The translations under genes were made by a program, and so were the position numbers. Below are positions 36,616-46,530 of a stretch of 64,000 bases of DNA, in pieces (positions within the stretch are counted from its first letter, which is position 1; each line of letters opens with the position of its first letter). The DNA lies in the IMG/VR virus record IMGVR_UViG_3300032298_001038, positions 134,313 to 198,312 of that record; one strand, written 5' to 3'. This DNA comes from a virus. A model generated the notes under the pieces. The model was not told the DNA's origin. It saw only the letters and a list, made by a program, of their open reading frames with translations, and did no database searches.

Positions 36616-38586
36616 TCATGTTGGGGCGCTACGCACTATTCCGGCGATGCGGAGTACTCCTACGTCATTATCGTACTGGTCAGAAATATCTGACCGGCGT
36701 TCGATAGTGACCAACACAGTGTCGCCCGCCTCGACGTCGAACTCGTCGCTGTTGCACTCGACAACGGTGTCAATAAGCAGGGAGCGCGAAGAGTCAGAAA
36801 AGTCTACGTCGGTATCTACGGTCGGCAGCGCTAACGCAGTCGGCACATATTGGCCTGTAACAGTGTTTAATACTCGCGGGCGCGGTAGCCGGCGATACGA
36901 CATAAAAAGTTCAGGGAGTAATGCAGCGGATGATGGTGTTCCGCTGCGGCCGAAGAGTCGCACGCGAATCTTCATTTTCAGGCTTTGGTCTAGGTTGGCT
37001 TCAGGTACGTTTAACCTGACGCGCAGCAATGACGACTGTCCGGCTGGGAAGCCCAGATACGGGATGTCCATGTAAAGTCGCTCAACCGTATCGCTCAACC
37101 GAATGATTTGCGGAGAAATTTCGCGCTCAACGAGGTTGTCTGTGTAGTCGACGCGGACAACGCCCTGATGCACAGGCACGTTAGCCGCCGTAGTGATGCC
37201 GAGCGCAGTTTTTTCACCTGCTGTCAAGTTGCGCATGCTTGCTGGCGGGCGTGTGCCGGTAATGACGATAAAGTCCGGCGTTGTTGTTACAAGACCTTCG
37301 GCGATCCAGCCGCGGGTCAGTTGGTGGCGGTTAACTACGTTTTTGATTACCTGTCCGCCCACGGCTTCTTGCGGCCGAATCTGTAAATCAAGATTCAACT
37401 TGAGATCGCCCGTGCTGGCCGGCAGATCGTCGCAGTTTGTAATCGCCACAGGGCTGGTAATCAATTCGTCGCCAACCTCGTCGGTATCGGGCATGAGGCT
37501 CGTAACTACAGAGCGATCGTTGCCGAGGAGCATGCGCAGGTATATGACGACGACACGCATGACTTCGCCGCGTGGGCATTCGTCACCCTCGTTGTTCGGG
37601 AAACTGGTGTCGGGGTCGTAATCAGCGGGCCACGGGACGTCGCCGTAGCAATCGCTCATCCACCAGATGCCGTTGACGTCACAAATCGCAAGGCCGGCTT
37701 TACCAAGCGGAATCTCAGTCGCGCCGACAAGTTCTTGACCTTTGTCCCAAATCATGGACACCGACTGAATTGGGATCGGCGGCCACACGCGATTTAACGC
37801 GTTGTGCTTTTTGATGTTGTAACCAAAAATTGCGCCGGCGGGCGCATACGACGTGCTCGCGTCGTCGGGGTCGCGACGGAAAGTCGGGTGATTTGCCGGG
37901 AGCCAGCCTTGCATTTCCGCGTCGGCGTCTTCGATGACGTGCCGCTGCTGCTCGTCGTCGTCGGTCACGACGGTGTTGGTGCCGGCGGGTCGCGGCACAA
38001 GATCAAACCGGTAGTGCGTGTGCTCTTCGACGTAGTCTCGCGACTGCGGCATGACGATAACGCGCAACTTGTCAGAGCAGTTATCGCGCGGACCTTGCAC
38101 GTGGCAGACGACGACGGTGACCGGCGGTTTTTGCTTCGACAACTTGCCGGGTTCGACGGCAGACAAGTAATACTTGCCCGGCGCCACATTTGGCCCGACA
38201 GAGTTGTCGAGGTTGGCGAACGTCACGAGGCCGCGAAGCACGATGTCAGCGCGGTCGCTGGCTTTCTTCTTGTAGCAGATGCCAACGCAGTCGCTGGACG
38301 GCTGGACTGTAAATACCTGCGTCTCTTGGTCAACCTCGACGGCGACGAGCGCTTTTTCGTAGCGCTGCGTGGTCCAGTTCCAATATACCGCGTGACCCTC
38401 TTCGACGTCCGGAGAGATGGTAGCGTCAACCTCGAATAACGCGCGGCCGAGTTCGGCTGCGTCGAGGCGGTCTTTTAGATATTCAGTCCGTTCTTCCAGC
38501 GTCCGGTCTGGACGGCTAACGACACCCGCCTGAACGGGTTCCTGCGGCTGAACGTGCTTGATGTTGTGCTGCCAGTTTCCGGACAT
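36616..38586 (-). CDS. Putative tail fibre or baseplate-attached protein (656 aa)
   Basis: N-terminal VVSRPDRTLEERTEYLK resembles the fibre-anchor motif (NxPxxxLxxRTxYLK), followed by a GxAVY...VG...G.V...GK-YYLS..PG.L domain. Confidence 0.6.
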   Translation of the reverse strand: MSGNWQHNIKHVQPQEPVQAGVVSRPDRTLEERTEYLKDRLDAAELGRALFEVDATISPDVEEGHAVYWNWTTQRYEKALVAVEVDQETQVFTVQPSSDCVGICYKKKASDRADIVLRGLVTFANLDNSVGPNVAPGKYYLSAVEPGKLSKQKPPVTVVVCHVQGPRDNCSDKLRVIVMPQSRDYVEEHTHYRFDLVPRPAGTNTVVTDDDEQQRHVIEDADAEMQGWLPANHPTFRRDPDDASTSYAPAGAIFGYNIKKHNALNRVWPPIPIQSVSMIWDKGQELVGATEIPLGKAGLAICDVNGIWWMSDCYGDVPWPADYDPDTSFPNNEGDECPRGEVMRVVVIYLRMLLGNDRSVVTSLMPDTDEVGDELITSPVAITNCDDLPASTGDLKLNLDLQIRPQEAVGGQVIKNVVNRHQLTRGWIAEGLVTTTPDFIVITGTRPPASMRNLTAGEKTALGITTAANVPVHQGVVRVDYTDNLVEREISPQIIRLSDTVERLYMDIPYLGFPAGQSSLLRVRLNVPEANLDQSLKMKIRVRLFGRSGTPSSAALLPELFMSYRRLPRPRVLNTVTGQYVPTALALPTVDTDVDFSDSSRSLLIDTVVECNSDEFDVEAGDTVLVTIERRSDISDQYDNDVGVLRIAGIVRSAPT

Positions 38587-38608
38587 CCTTGTCCTCCGGC
38601 GGTAAATG

Positions 38609-39244
38609 TTATTCGAACGCGATTTCCCACGTTAAGCCGATTTGCGACGAAGCCTCTTTCGTGACTTGATTCTGCGGCAAGAAAGTCGTGCGCGCAAAAA
38701 TGACGTCTTTCGTTCGGTCATTAAAGTTGGGGGCCGCAACCAGAGCCGCGGCGAATACCTTGCTTGTGCCGTTGGGGGCACTGTGGCTGAACATCTTGCC
38801 GTGAACGCCGGTCGTGCCGACGCTCTGCACAAAGAATGTTAACTTGTTGAGTTGTTGGTCGACTGGCAGATTAGCCTCGTACCCGGTCGATACGCCGCCG
38901 GCTGGTTCCAGAATCAGCGGGATACGGAGAAAGTCGCGGGTCGGGTTGTCGACCAGCGCGTTGTAGTAACTAATGCCAGTATCGCGGGCGTTCGTACCCG
39001 GAGAAATATCTTGCTCCGGGTCCATCTGGTTTTCGAACTCTAGATACACGGCTGAGATGTGGTAGTTCGGGCGGTCAGGGTTCGGGCGGTAGCCGATCTG
39101 CTTCGCGGCGATAAAGCCCCACGAGTACTGGATTTGATTAGACTGCGCCCCGATCGGGAGTTTTAACCCGGTGGCTTCGTCGACTTGCCACAACGTAATG
39201 TGGCCTTTGACGCCGTCTTTTGCGCAGACCTTATCGTCGCTCAT
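38609..39244 (-). CDS. Baseplate/tail-fibre-associated protein (211 aa)
   Basis: N-terminal VKGHITL and C-terminal IFARTTF...TK.....IGLTWEIAF pattern common in myovirus baseplate genes. Confidence 0.55.
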   Translation of the reverse strand: MSDDKVCAKDGVKGHITLWQVDEATGLKLPIGAQSNQIQYSWGFIAAKQIGYRPNPDRPNYHISAVYLEFENQMDPEQDISPGTNARDTGISYYNALVDNPTRDFLRIPLILEPAGGVSTGYEANLPVDQQLNKLTFFVQSVGTTGVHGKMFSHSAPNGTSKVFAAALVAAPNFNDRTKDVIFARTTFLPQNQVTKEASSQIGLTWEIAFE

Positions 39245-39251
39245 GGTTTCC

Positions 39252-41120
39252 TCACTGACACGTACCGGAGAGTTTCGTTAAAAGCGCGCCTTTGTCTTTT
39301 ACGTAGTTTTCGTCGACGGTATCCGCCAGCGGCTCGATTCCCTTAAAAGAATCGACCTCAAACGCAACCATCTTTTCAGCGTTAATTCGTTCGGCTTTGG
39401 CCGCCAGTTCAAATATTACAATCATGGCGGTCTGCGGCGGAATCACCTGCCGTAGATGTCTGATATTGTACAATCCCAGCCGATTTTGTCCCAACGCCGG
39501 TACGTCTATTCTGATAACAAAAACGTTGTTTCGCAGCACGTTTTCGATCAAGAATCGCAGGGGGTTTATCGTAGCCGGTAAATTACTCGCGGTCGGCTCG
39601 CCACTGGGCTGTTTGCGCTTATCTAACATGTGCGCCAGCGTGCCCAGTTTCCGGTTTGGCGGTACGCGCACGATTTGCTCGTAATAGCCCGGAGGGTCTT
39701 CAAGCGACGGAACCCACCGATACAGCCAGCCGGTGTCTACGGCCCTGTACACGCGCCCAGACAACCCACGTTCGGGGAATACGGCGAGGGAGGCGTACGA
39801 GATGGGGTTGTAGAAGCAGTCTTCCTTGACGGTCTCAGCGGCCTCTACGCCGCGCATATGCAGTTCGTTAAAAAACCGCTCGACGTCCGCGGGAAAACCG
39901 CCCAGCGGAAATTTTACAAACGTGTAGCCGCTGCGGTGGTTTGGGTCGACTTGTAGCGGTACCGCCTTGTTTTCAAATACAAGGTCGCCGTAAAAGCACG
40001 TAGACAGAAACCCGTTATCGAGCGCCAGCGCGGCCAGTGCTTTTCTGGGCTGGCAAATCTTGTCAGAGTCGAGCAGGATTTCGTCGTCGTTCTCGGCGGC
40101 GATGGTGTTGTAGGCGTCGTCGGACAGGAGCGTGACGATGTCTGGGCGGTCAACAAGTCCTTCGTCCGGCGGCAGGTTTGAGTTGCCGAAGAAGAACTCA
40201 CTGATTTCGAAGCCGCGAATCAGTTGTGCGCCGGCAGTAAGTTTTTGCCCGACCGCCACCACGGGGATTGCGGCTTCTTTAAACTTATACACGTTTTTGT
40301 CCGTGACAATCAGCAAGCCGGCGGAATCATATTCGACGACGGCTACCGTCTCGACCGGCTCGACGACGATGGGCATGCCGGTGATAGCCGCCATGGCGAG
40401 GTCGAGATTTTTACCGGACATACCTCCCGCGACGAGGCTGCTGAACACCGCGTTGACGAGGTCTTTGTAGTTTTGGCTTGTGCTCAGGCGAATGCCGAGC
40501 GCGTACGCAAATTGGTTAAATACGTATTCGTAATCGTACTTGCCGGCAAAACCCCACAGCACAATCTCTTCGTCTGGTAAGCCATTAACTTGCGTTGAGC
40601 GCTTAATGATGCTGGGGTTGGCAAACGGGTCTGAGATAAACACAAGCGCATTACGCAATACGTCGATTGTGTAGTCGACGTTCTCTGCCATTGCAACGGT
40701 TGGGAATGTGATCTTGTTAAAGATTTGCGATACGCCGCGTAATTTTGCCGGCAACGGAAACGAGTAGAGTTCGTTCGCCGCGGCTTGGTCAAACGCGAGG
40801 CTAACCACGTTGTCGTTGAATTTACCGAAGTCAACGTCGAAGCGTTCAGTGTTCGTGATCGCGCTATTTAGTTCGCTTTTGCGCAAGACGATTGGGATCA
40901 GCAGTTCTTCGTGAAATAGCGGGACCTCGTAGCGGCTCATGGCGGCTACAGTCTCCAGCAAGTTTCGGTGCGTCTGCGCTACGGCATACGCGGTGGCGTC
41001 GGCATACGAATGTATTTGATCGATGCCGGTATACGTACGCGCCCAAAAACTCCCCAGCAAAGATATCAGTATCTTGCTGCGGTCCAGATCGGAACCGGGG
41101 TATGTGTATTCTGTTTTCAT
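39252..41120 (-). CDS. Baseplate wedge protein (gpI/gp7-like position)
   Basis: Directly follows baseplate J-like gene; C-terminal YNIRHLRQVIPPQT pattern. Confidence 0.55.
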   Translation of the reverse strand: MKTEYTYPGSDLDRSKILISLLGSFWARTYTGIDQIHSYADATAYAVAQTHRNLLETVAAMSRYEVPLFHEELLIPIVLRKSELNSAITNTERFDVDFGKFNDNVVSLAFDQAAANELYSFPLPAKLRGVSQIFNKITFPTVAMAENVDYTIDVLRNALVFISDPFANPSIIKRSTQVNGLPDEEIVLWGFAGKYDYEYVFNQFAYALGIRLSTSQNYKDLVNAVFSSLVAGGMSGKNLDLAMAAITGMPIVVEPVETVAVVEYDSAGLLIVTDKNVYKFKEAAIPVVAVGQKLTAGAQLIRGFEISEFFFGNSNLPPDEGLVDRPDIVTLLSDDAYNTIAAENDDEILLDSDKICQPRKALAALALDNGFLSTCFYGDLVFENKAVPLQVDPNHRSGYTFVKFPLGGFPADVERFFNELHMRGVEAAETVKEDCFYNPISYASLAVFPERGLSGRVYRAVDTGWLYRWVPSLEDPPGYYEQIVRVPPNRKLGTLAHMLDKRKQPSGEPTASNLPATINPLRFLIENVLRNNVFVIRIDVPALGQNRLGLYNIRHLRQVIPPQTAMIVIFELAAKAERINAEKMVAFEVDSFKGIEPLADTVDENYVKDKGALLTKLSGTCQ

Positions 41121-41126
41121 CGCTTA

Positions 41127-42776
41127 TCAGACCGCGAATCCAGCAGCGGTGTAGGAGATTGAAACGTCGTCTACACCAGTGACGAATACCGTGGTTCGGC
41201 CGGTGACCAGCCGTTGCGGGTCGTCCGGTATGACGAGCAATGTGCGGTCGCGCAAATATACGTTTTCGCCGTCTGGGCGCCTGATACGGCCGAACATATC
41301 AATTTCGCCGATGGCTTGCCGGCCCGTTAAAAACTTGTGTGCCGCCGTCGCAATGACAGAAGAGTGTAATTGGCCGCCAAATCCGACGCCGGCAATCGCG
41401 TCTACAACGGCCTGCTTCATCGCTAAAATTGTGGCGTCAGACACGACGTCGTTGTTCTCCGTCCGAATCTCGAATGAAATTTTGGTAAAGCATGGCACCG
41501 CGCTTTTCACAAGGATGTCGGTGGCTCGGGGGCGATTATCTCGCGACGTCATCGTGTCGTGGATGTCGGCGACGAGCGGCATGCCGCGGGTAGTAATTGT
41601 GTACAACGCCTTGCTTTGATTTAGCGTCAAACCAGACGAGAGCGTATCGCTGTCTTCGAAACGAATGATTGCGGTCTGATACCGCGTGTAAACACCTTCA
41701 ACAGCGTAAATAATGTCGGGAACGTATGTGATCTGCGCCAAGTCAACGCCACGGGCGTCGGATAGTACCGCGTAGCCGTTACTGGTTTTGTCCAGTGGCT
41801 TGGCGACACGCACAACTTCGTAAAAACCGGGGTGCAGGTCGCGCGGAAGCGGTACTTGCCAGATTGTTCCATTCTCTCCGATGCCGACGTACGTTGCTTG
41901 CAGCGTGTGCTCTATCGCCTGCGCGTACGGCATCGTTTGTACATAGACGTCAACCTTTCCGCCGCCGGAGATCGGAAACAGGCTGTGCTGGTCGCGCTGT
42001 TGTTCAGGATCGCCGTACCCCAGTATCGAGCAGTGGAGTATGTTTTTGAACGCCGGTTGCGCGCGAATAAATTTTTCGTAACTCTTGCGGCTGCCGATAG
42101 TCGCGGCCGTCAGGCCGAGATCGAGTGTCTGCAAGTATTCTTCGTTTGTAGCCGAATTTTTACCGGACACGAAATCAGACCCCGAAAATACTTCAGAAAT
42201 GTTTCCCGGAATAGAGTTCGAATAAAACTTTGTGCCGCGCCTGATATTGCCGTTTGTACCGGGATCGCGCGCAATAAACGGCACGGTTGCGGCGTACGTT
42301 CCGTCGCCGACATCGACCATGACGCGCTCGTTCGCCGCGGTCGCGATTGAACCGGCTGGAAGTACGATGTATGTGTCGGTAGGCACGAATACAACTTCGT
42401 CAGCGACATATTCGACATCGCCCGGTAACACGGTGCGGTCGTTCAGCAAAAATACAAACGTCGCGGCGCCGGTCGCTTGTGCGCCCGGATTGCGGGTCAC
42501 GTTAAAGTTCGACAGTACGTGGTCTACGAGTTCGTCTTCAGCCAGCGCTGGATTTTGCGTGATCTGAAGCAGACTGCGGCTCTGCAAAATACGGTCGATG
42601 TTTTCGCGGACGGCGGTATTCAATACGCTGTTAAAATACAGCACAAGATCGTGAAATACGCCGCGCGTAAGTTCTACGTCCGGATGCCGTTCTTGCATCA
42701 ATTGCGCCAATGTCAGCAACGTGTCGGCAACTTTTTCAGGCGCAAGTTCCCGAAGGCTGGATATTCCAAGTGGCAT
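41127..42776 (-). CDS. Baseplate J-like wedge protein
   Basis: GVFHDLVL...DHVLSNFNVTRNPGAQATGAATF, ARDPGTNGNI and SGKNSATNEEY patterns typical of gpJ/gp6 proteins. Confidence 0.8.
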   Translation of the reverse strand: MPLGISSLRELAPEKVADTLLTLAQLMQERHPDVELTRGVFHDLVLYFNSVLNTAVRENIDRILQSRSLLQITQNPALAEDELVDHVLSNFNVTRNPGAQATGAATFVFLLNDRTVLPGDVEYVADEVVFVPTDTYIVLPAGSIATAANERVMVDVGDGTYAATVPFIARDPGTNGNIRRGTKFYSNSIPGNISEVFSGSDFVSGKNSATNEEYLQTLDLGLTAATIGSRKSYEKFIRAQPAFKNILHCSILGYGDPEQQRDQHSLFPISGGGKVDVYVQTMPYAQAIEHTLQATYVGIGENGTIWQVPLPRDLHPGFYEVVRVAKPLDKTSNGYAVLSDARGVDLAQITYVPDIIYAVEGVYTRYQTAIIRFEDSDTLSSGLTLNQSKALYTITTRGMPLVADIHDTMTSRDNRPRATDILVKSAVPCFTKISFEIRTENNDVVSDATILAMKQAVVDAIAGVGFGGQLHSSVIATAAHKFLTGRQAIGEIDMFGRIRRPDGENVYLRDRTLLVIPDDPQRLVTGRTTVFVTGVDDVSISYTAAGFAV

Positions 42777-42777
42777 A

Positions 42778-43287
42778 TTAGTCTCGCGGCACTATTTCTA
42801 TTGGCAAAACGACTTCGCGCGAATCTCCCGCTAGACTGGTAATTTTAACACCTAACGTCAAAAATACCGCAGTCGTTCCGCTCTTTTGTGACACATCAAA
42901 ACCGGGCAAAATAGCCACATTTGTAATCTCGGCGGATTTGAACCGCTCGTCATCTGGCATCTCGTCGGTTTCTTCGGCGCGAAGGTTGTTTTTGATAGTT
43001 AAATCAGCCAGCGCGAATTCTGTGCGAACATTGATCGGCGTTCGGAAGCCGCCGGTACGCGCGACGCGCATAAAGTTGCAGCCGCGCGCCGGCAAGCCGG
43101 GCATTGACCCGCTCTCGGTCATGAATTCAAGAAGCCAACGTTGTGCCAGTTTTTGCGCCGCGGTTGTAATCTGCCCGGACGTATCCTTATTAAACAACTC
43201 AAGACCAAGCCGCCTCTCGCCGGGGCCGGTCGTGTTCTGTAGGCCAAGATAATCGTATTTGCGGTTGACGTAATCTGATAGCGCCAT
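42778..43287 (-). CDS. Baseplate gp25/gpW-like protein
   Basis: QKLAQRWLLEFMTESGS..G.PARG pattern; immediately upstream of the J-like gene. Confidence 0.6.
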   Translation of the reverse strand: MALSDYVNRKYDYLGLQNTTGPGERRLGLELFNKDTSGQITTAAQKLAQRWLLEFMTESGSMPGLPARGCNFMRVARTGGFRTPINVRTEFALADLTIKNNLRAEETDEMPDDERFKSAEITNVAILPGFDVSQKSGTTAVFLTLGVKITSLAGDSREVVLPIEIVPRD

Positions 43288-43290
43288 ACG

Positions 43291-43755
43291 TCACTCCTTG
43301 ATGCTGCCGAAGTCGATAGCCGTTTGCACGCCGTCCCTAAAAAACGTAAACAAACTTTTACCCTGCTGGCCGTGACCGTCTAGTCGACCATGCATTTGCG
43401 ACGCGCAGCGGATCATGCTGGCGTGCCTAGTGCGGAACGCGCGCTCTTCTACAGCCATGTAATCAGCCTGCCATTTCATCGCGTGGGCGTCGCCGTGCGA
43501 CCCCGCATCGTCGCCCCATTTTCCTACGATCTCTTCCGAATACAATTTGTTGATAGGGTTGCGCTCCCACGCCGGAACGTGCAGCGACGGCACGTCGAGC
43601 GGGTCATTAAACTCTGGCGGCACGTGCCATTCGCGGTAGGTGTTGTGGTTCCTGAAGTGGTCGGCGAAGTTGCGCGCTTTCTTTTCTAACTGCTTGATGC
43701 GCTCTTCAAACTTACCGTCAACAACGGCTTTACCCGGACTATCTGGATGACCCAT
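43291..43755 (-). CDS. Hypothetical protein (154 aa)
   Basis: Packed ORF between the sigma factor and baseplate genes. Confidence 0.7.
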   Translation of the reverse strand: MGHPDSPGKAVVDGKFEERIKQLEKKARNFADHFRNHNTYREWHVPPEFNDPLDVPSLHVPAWERNPINKLYSEEIVGKWGDDAGSHGDAHAMKWQADYMAVEERAFRTRHASMIRCASQMHGRLDGHGQQGKSLFTFFRDGVQTAIDFGSIKE

Positions 43756-43764
43756 TGAAGCACC

Positions 43765-44571
43765 TTAAAAGTTGTGTAAATACCGTTGGTCAATCATCTG
43801 TTGAATTTTTGCCGCACGTTGGCTGACGGCGCCCGGGGTAATGTTCAACCGGCGGGCAATGTCTTGTGTCGAAGCGCGGCGCCGACCGTTGCGCCCTAGC
43901 GTCATGTCCATGATGAGTTTATCAGTCGGAGTCAGGTCGCCGTATACGAAATCTAACCACGCGTCAGTTTGTTTCGTGTAGTTCGGCAACGTACTGGCGA
44001 CGTCTGTGTTTGTGGCATCTTCGCTGTCGCCAGATTGCATTGCAGTCATACCCTCAGCGACCGGCTGATTAAACGCACGTATTTTTTTGATACGGCGTGT
44101 TGACAGCCCTGTCATGTCTGCCAGTTCGTCATCAGTCGGGTCTCGGCTCAGGCTGTCGCGAAGTTCGTTCTCTGCTGACGAGAGCCGCTGAAAATCTAAA
44201 CCGACTTGCTCTGGAATGTTGATGATGTTTTGTTCTTGCGCGGCTGCTCGGCGCAGGCTCTGAAGTTGCGACAGCAAATGCGTTTTGACGTTGCCCTTTT
44301 GCGGGTCATATGTGTTTAAAGCCTTTAACGCCATCAGCCGGGCTTTGTTTTTTAACGTTGGGCTTGCGTTCTGCCCTGCGTAACTGCTGACAGCCGTGTC
44401 GATGATTGGTTGCACGGTACCTAGCAGTTGTGTGTTGATTTCAGGCGACGGGGATTTGCGCCACGTGTCAAAGATATCGTCAAACTCGCGCGACGCTCCG
44501 TAACGCGACTGTGTTGAGAACGGCGGTTCGACGTCGCCGAGAATTGACGGTGTGCTTTTCTGCTTTGCCAT
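43765..44571 (-). CDS. RNA polymerase sigma-70 family factor (FliA/WhiG-like architecture, probable late sigma)
   Basis: Region 2 YDPQKGNVKTHL...IINIP, region 3 DPTDDELADMTGLS, region 4 STQDIARRLNITPGAVSQR. Confidence 0.85.
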   Translation of the reverse strand: MAKQKSTPSILGDVEPPFSTQSRYGASREFDDIFDTWRKSPSPEINTQLLGTVQPIIDTAVSSYAGQNASPTLKNKARLMALKALNTYDPQKGNVKTHLLSQLQSLRRAAAQEQNIINIPEQVGLDFQRLSSAENELRDSLSRDPTDDELADMTGLSTRRIKKIRAFNQPVAEGMTAMQSGDSEDATNTDVASTLPNYTKQTDAWLDFVYGDLTPTDKLIMDMTLGRNGRRRASTQDIARRLNITPGAVSQRAAKIQQMIDQRYLHNF

Positions 44572-44583
44572 AAGTCACCTACG

Positions 44584-46530
44584 CTATCCGGTTACGTTGC
44601 CGGGGTTAAAAGCCGGCGCGCCGTAGTCTATGGGCGCGTTGGCAGCCGAATTGCCGTCTGGTTCTTGCCCGGCGATCAAAGGGCCTCCGGGCCACGGACT
44701 CCCCGGCGGCATTTCTTTATAGATCGGCGCGCGGGTGCCGACGTAATGCACGCGGCTATCATAGTTATTAATATCGTTTTCTCGCTCAGTCCTCACGTGA
44801 CTGAGCGTGAGCGACGTGCCAGCCTGATGCTGTTCCGCGTTGATTGCGAACGACACGTTGACCACGGCGCCGTACATCGGCGTGTTTTCTTTGCCGATCG
44901 CGGTGATAGGCGGCATGATTTTGACAATGCTGCCGGGGGCGATATCGAACCGCAGTTTGCCAGACACTTCGCCGTGACGCTGCCCCAGAATTGCAGACTT
45001 GTACCAATGCGACGCAAATCGGTCGTAAATATTTAATGTCTTTTGGTCAACATCGTCTTTTGATTTGTTGAGATAGGTGTCCTCACACTCGCGATGCGGG
45101 TCTTTCGCTTCGGGGTTTGGCTGGCTGCCTTTTTGCGGCGCGGCAGTAGATCGCCCTTGGTAATTGAAATGATTTTCCCGCACGTAACCCATGGTATAGA
45201 CAGGGTTGGCTAACCACGCTGGCGGGTCGCGCACAAGGATGTTGCCCCAGTGATGATCGTGATCTTTTGGGTCAACAGGGTACATGCCGGCGGGCCGGCA
45301 ATAGCCGTGGATTGGCGCGAGTTTGCCGCCCATCTGAGATTGTGAGCCGTCGGCCTGCGGTGCCCAGTAAATAATGATACTGCTGATCATGTGCGCGCAA
45401 TTTACATTGAAATTGGCGTAGTTGTATTCTTCGCCCGTGATCGTGACGTACGGCGTGTGCAGCCCCGGGAAAAAAGGGATCGCTTGTGCAAACTCGACAG
45501 ACGGCGAGATAGCAAACAAGAATGACGGCCCAAGGTCGCCGACAAGTTTGCTCCAGAACGAGTTGTAGCCCATGCCGTCCATGATCATGCGGCTGAGGCC
45601 GTCGTGTGCCGACAGGCTCATGTACGCGTACGGCTCTCCCCCGTCGAAGCCTTTCAAGTTCAACGGCAAAATGGCTTTGTATTTTTCTGGCGCCTTGCCC
45701 GGCATCCGTCGTAGCGCGTTGATTGCGGCTTCGTTGTTGTCTTTTGGCACCCAACTGGCTAACGCGTCTGGTGCGTCTGACGGCGGCGGGTCTGGCTCAG
45801 ATTTGTCTGGTTTTTTGCACTGAAGGCGTGGATGCTTCATTGCGCAAATTGCTTCAAAGATGCGTTTAATAACTTTCTCCCACAGGTCTGTTTCCATATT
45901 CGTTTTTGTAACGATAATGGACTCGTCGCCCGGTGCAGGGTATTTGTTATCAATAAGCGGAATGCCGCGAACGCCCGTACCTCCGCGACGAAGAAAACCT
46001 TCGCCGGCTTGCGCGCCACCACCGCCAGTAAGATCGGCTACGACGATTTGCGAGGCGGCTTGCGTCAGATCGTGCGGCGTGCCCTGCGACCAGTCGCCAT
46101 TGAGCATGGACGAGCAGTTCAAGTCGTCAAGCCAGTGGATTAAATGAATCGTGTATGTGCAATGGTTGCTCGACCGCTGGTAACCGATACCGGCATAGTA
46201 GCCGTCAAAAATAATGTATTTACCGTCTTTTAAGCCGTCGGTAATCGGCGCCTTCAAATAGCCGTCTGTAGACTTGACTTCAAGATAGACGAGACAACGG
46301 TCTCGCGGCTCTAGTTTTTCGATGACGTCGTGAATCGTGGCGCGCTTTTCGGTGCGCACTTCCAGCCCCGTCGCCACCTCAAGAGATGCGCTCGGAATTG
46401 TATTGAGCGGAAATGAAGCCGCGACACTTACAATATCTTCGAATTTAGTCTCCCCGCCTCGGCGATGTTTGAAAATCGCTTCTAACTTAAATTCAGTGCG
46501 GATGTACGGAGGCTCTAATTGCGACGTCAT
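44584..46530 (-). CDS. Baseplate hub protein (gp27-like) candidate
   Basis: IIFDGYYAG near the N-terminus and GEVSGKLRFDIAPGSIVKI near the C-terminus; hub position in the tail operon. Confidence 0.55.
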   Translation of the reverse strand: MTSQLEPPYIRTEFKLEAIFKHRRGGETKFEDIVSVAASFPLNTIPSASLEVATGLEVRTEKRATIHDVIEKLEPRDRCLVYLEVKSTDGYLKAPITDGLKDGKYIIFDGYYAGIGYQRSSNHCTYTIHLIHWLDDLNCSSMLNGDWSQGTPHDLTQAASQIVVADLTGGGGAQAGEGFLRRGGTGVRGIPLIDNKYPAPGDESIIVTKTNMETDLWEKVIKRIFEAICAMKHPRLQCKKPDKSEPDPPPSDAPDALASWVPKDNNEAAINALRRMPGKAPEKYKAILPLNLKGFDGGEPYAYMSLSAHDGLSRMIMDGMGYNSFWSKLVGDLGPSFLFAISPSVEFAQAIPFFPGLHTPYVTITGEEYNYANFNVNCAHMISSIIIYWAPQADGSQSQMGGKLAPIHGYCRPAGMYPVDPKDHDHHWGNILVRDPPAWLANPVYTMGYVRENHFNYQGRSTAAPQKGSQPNPEAKDPHRECEDTYLNKSKDDVDQKTLNIYDRFASHWYKSAILGQRHGEVSGKLRFDIAPGSIVKIMPPITAIGKENTPMYGAVVNVSFAINAEQHQAGTSLTLSHVRTERENDINNYDSRVHYVGTRAPIYKEMPPGSPWPGGPLIAGQEPDGNSAANAPIDYGAPAFNPGNVTG

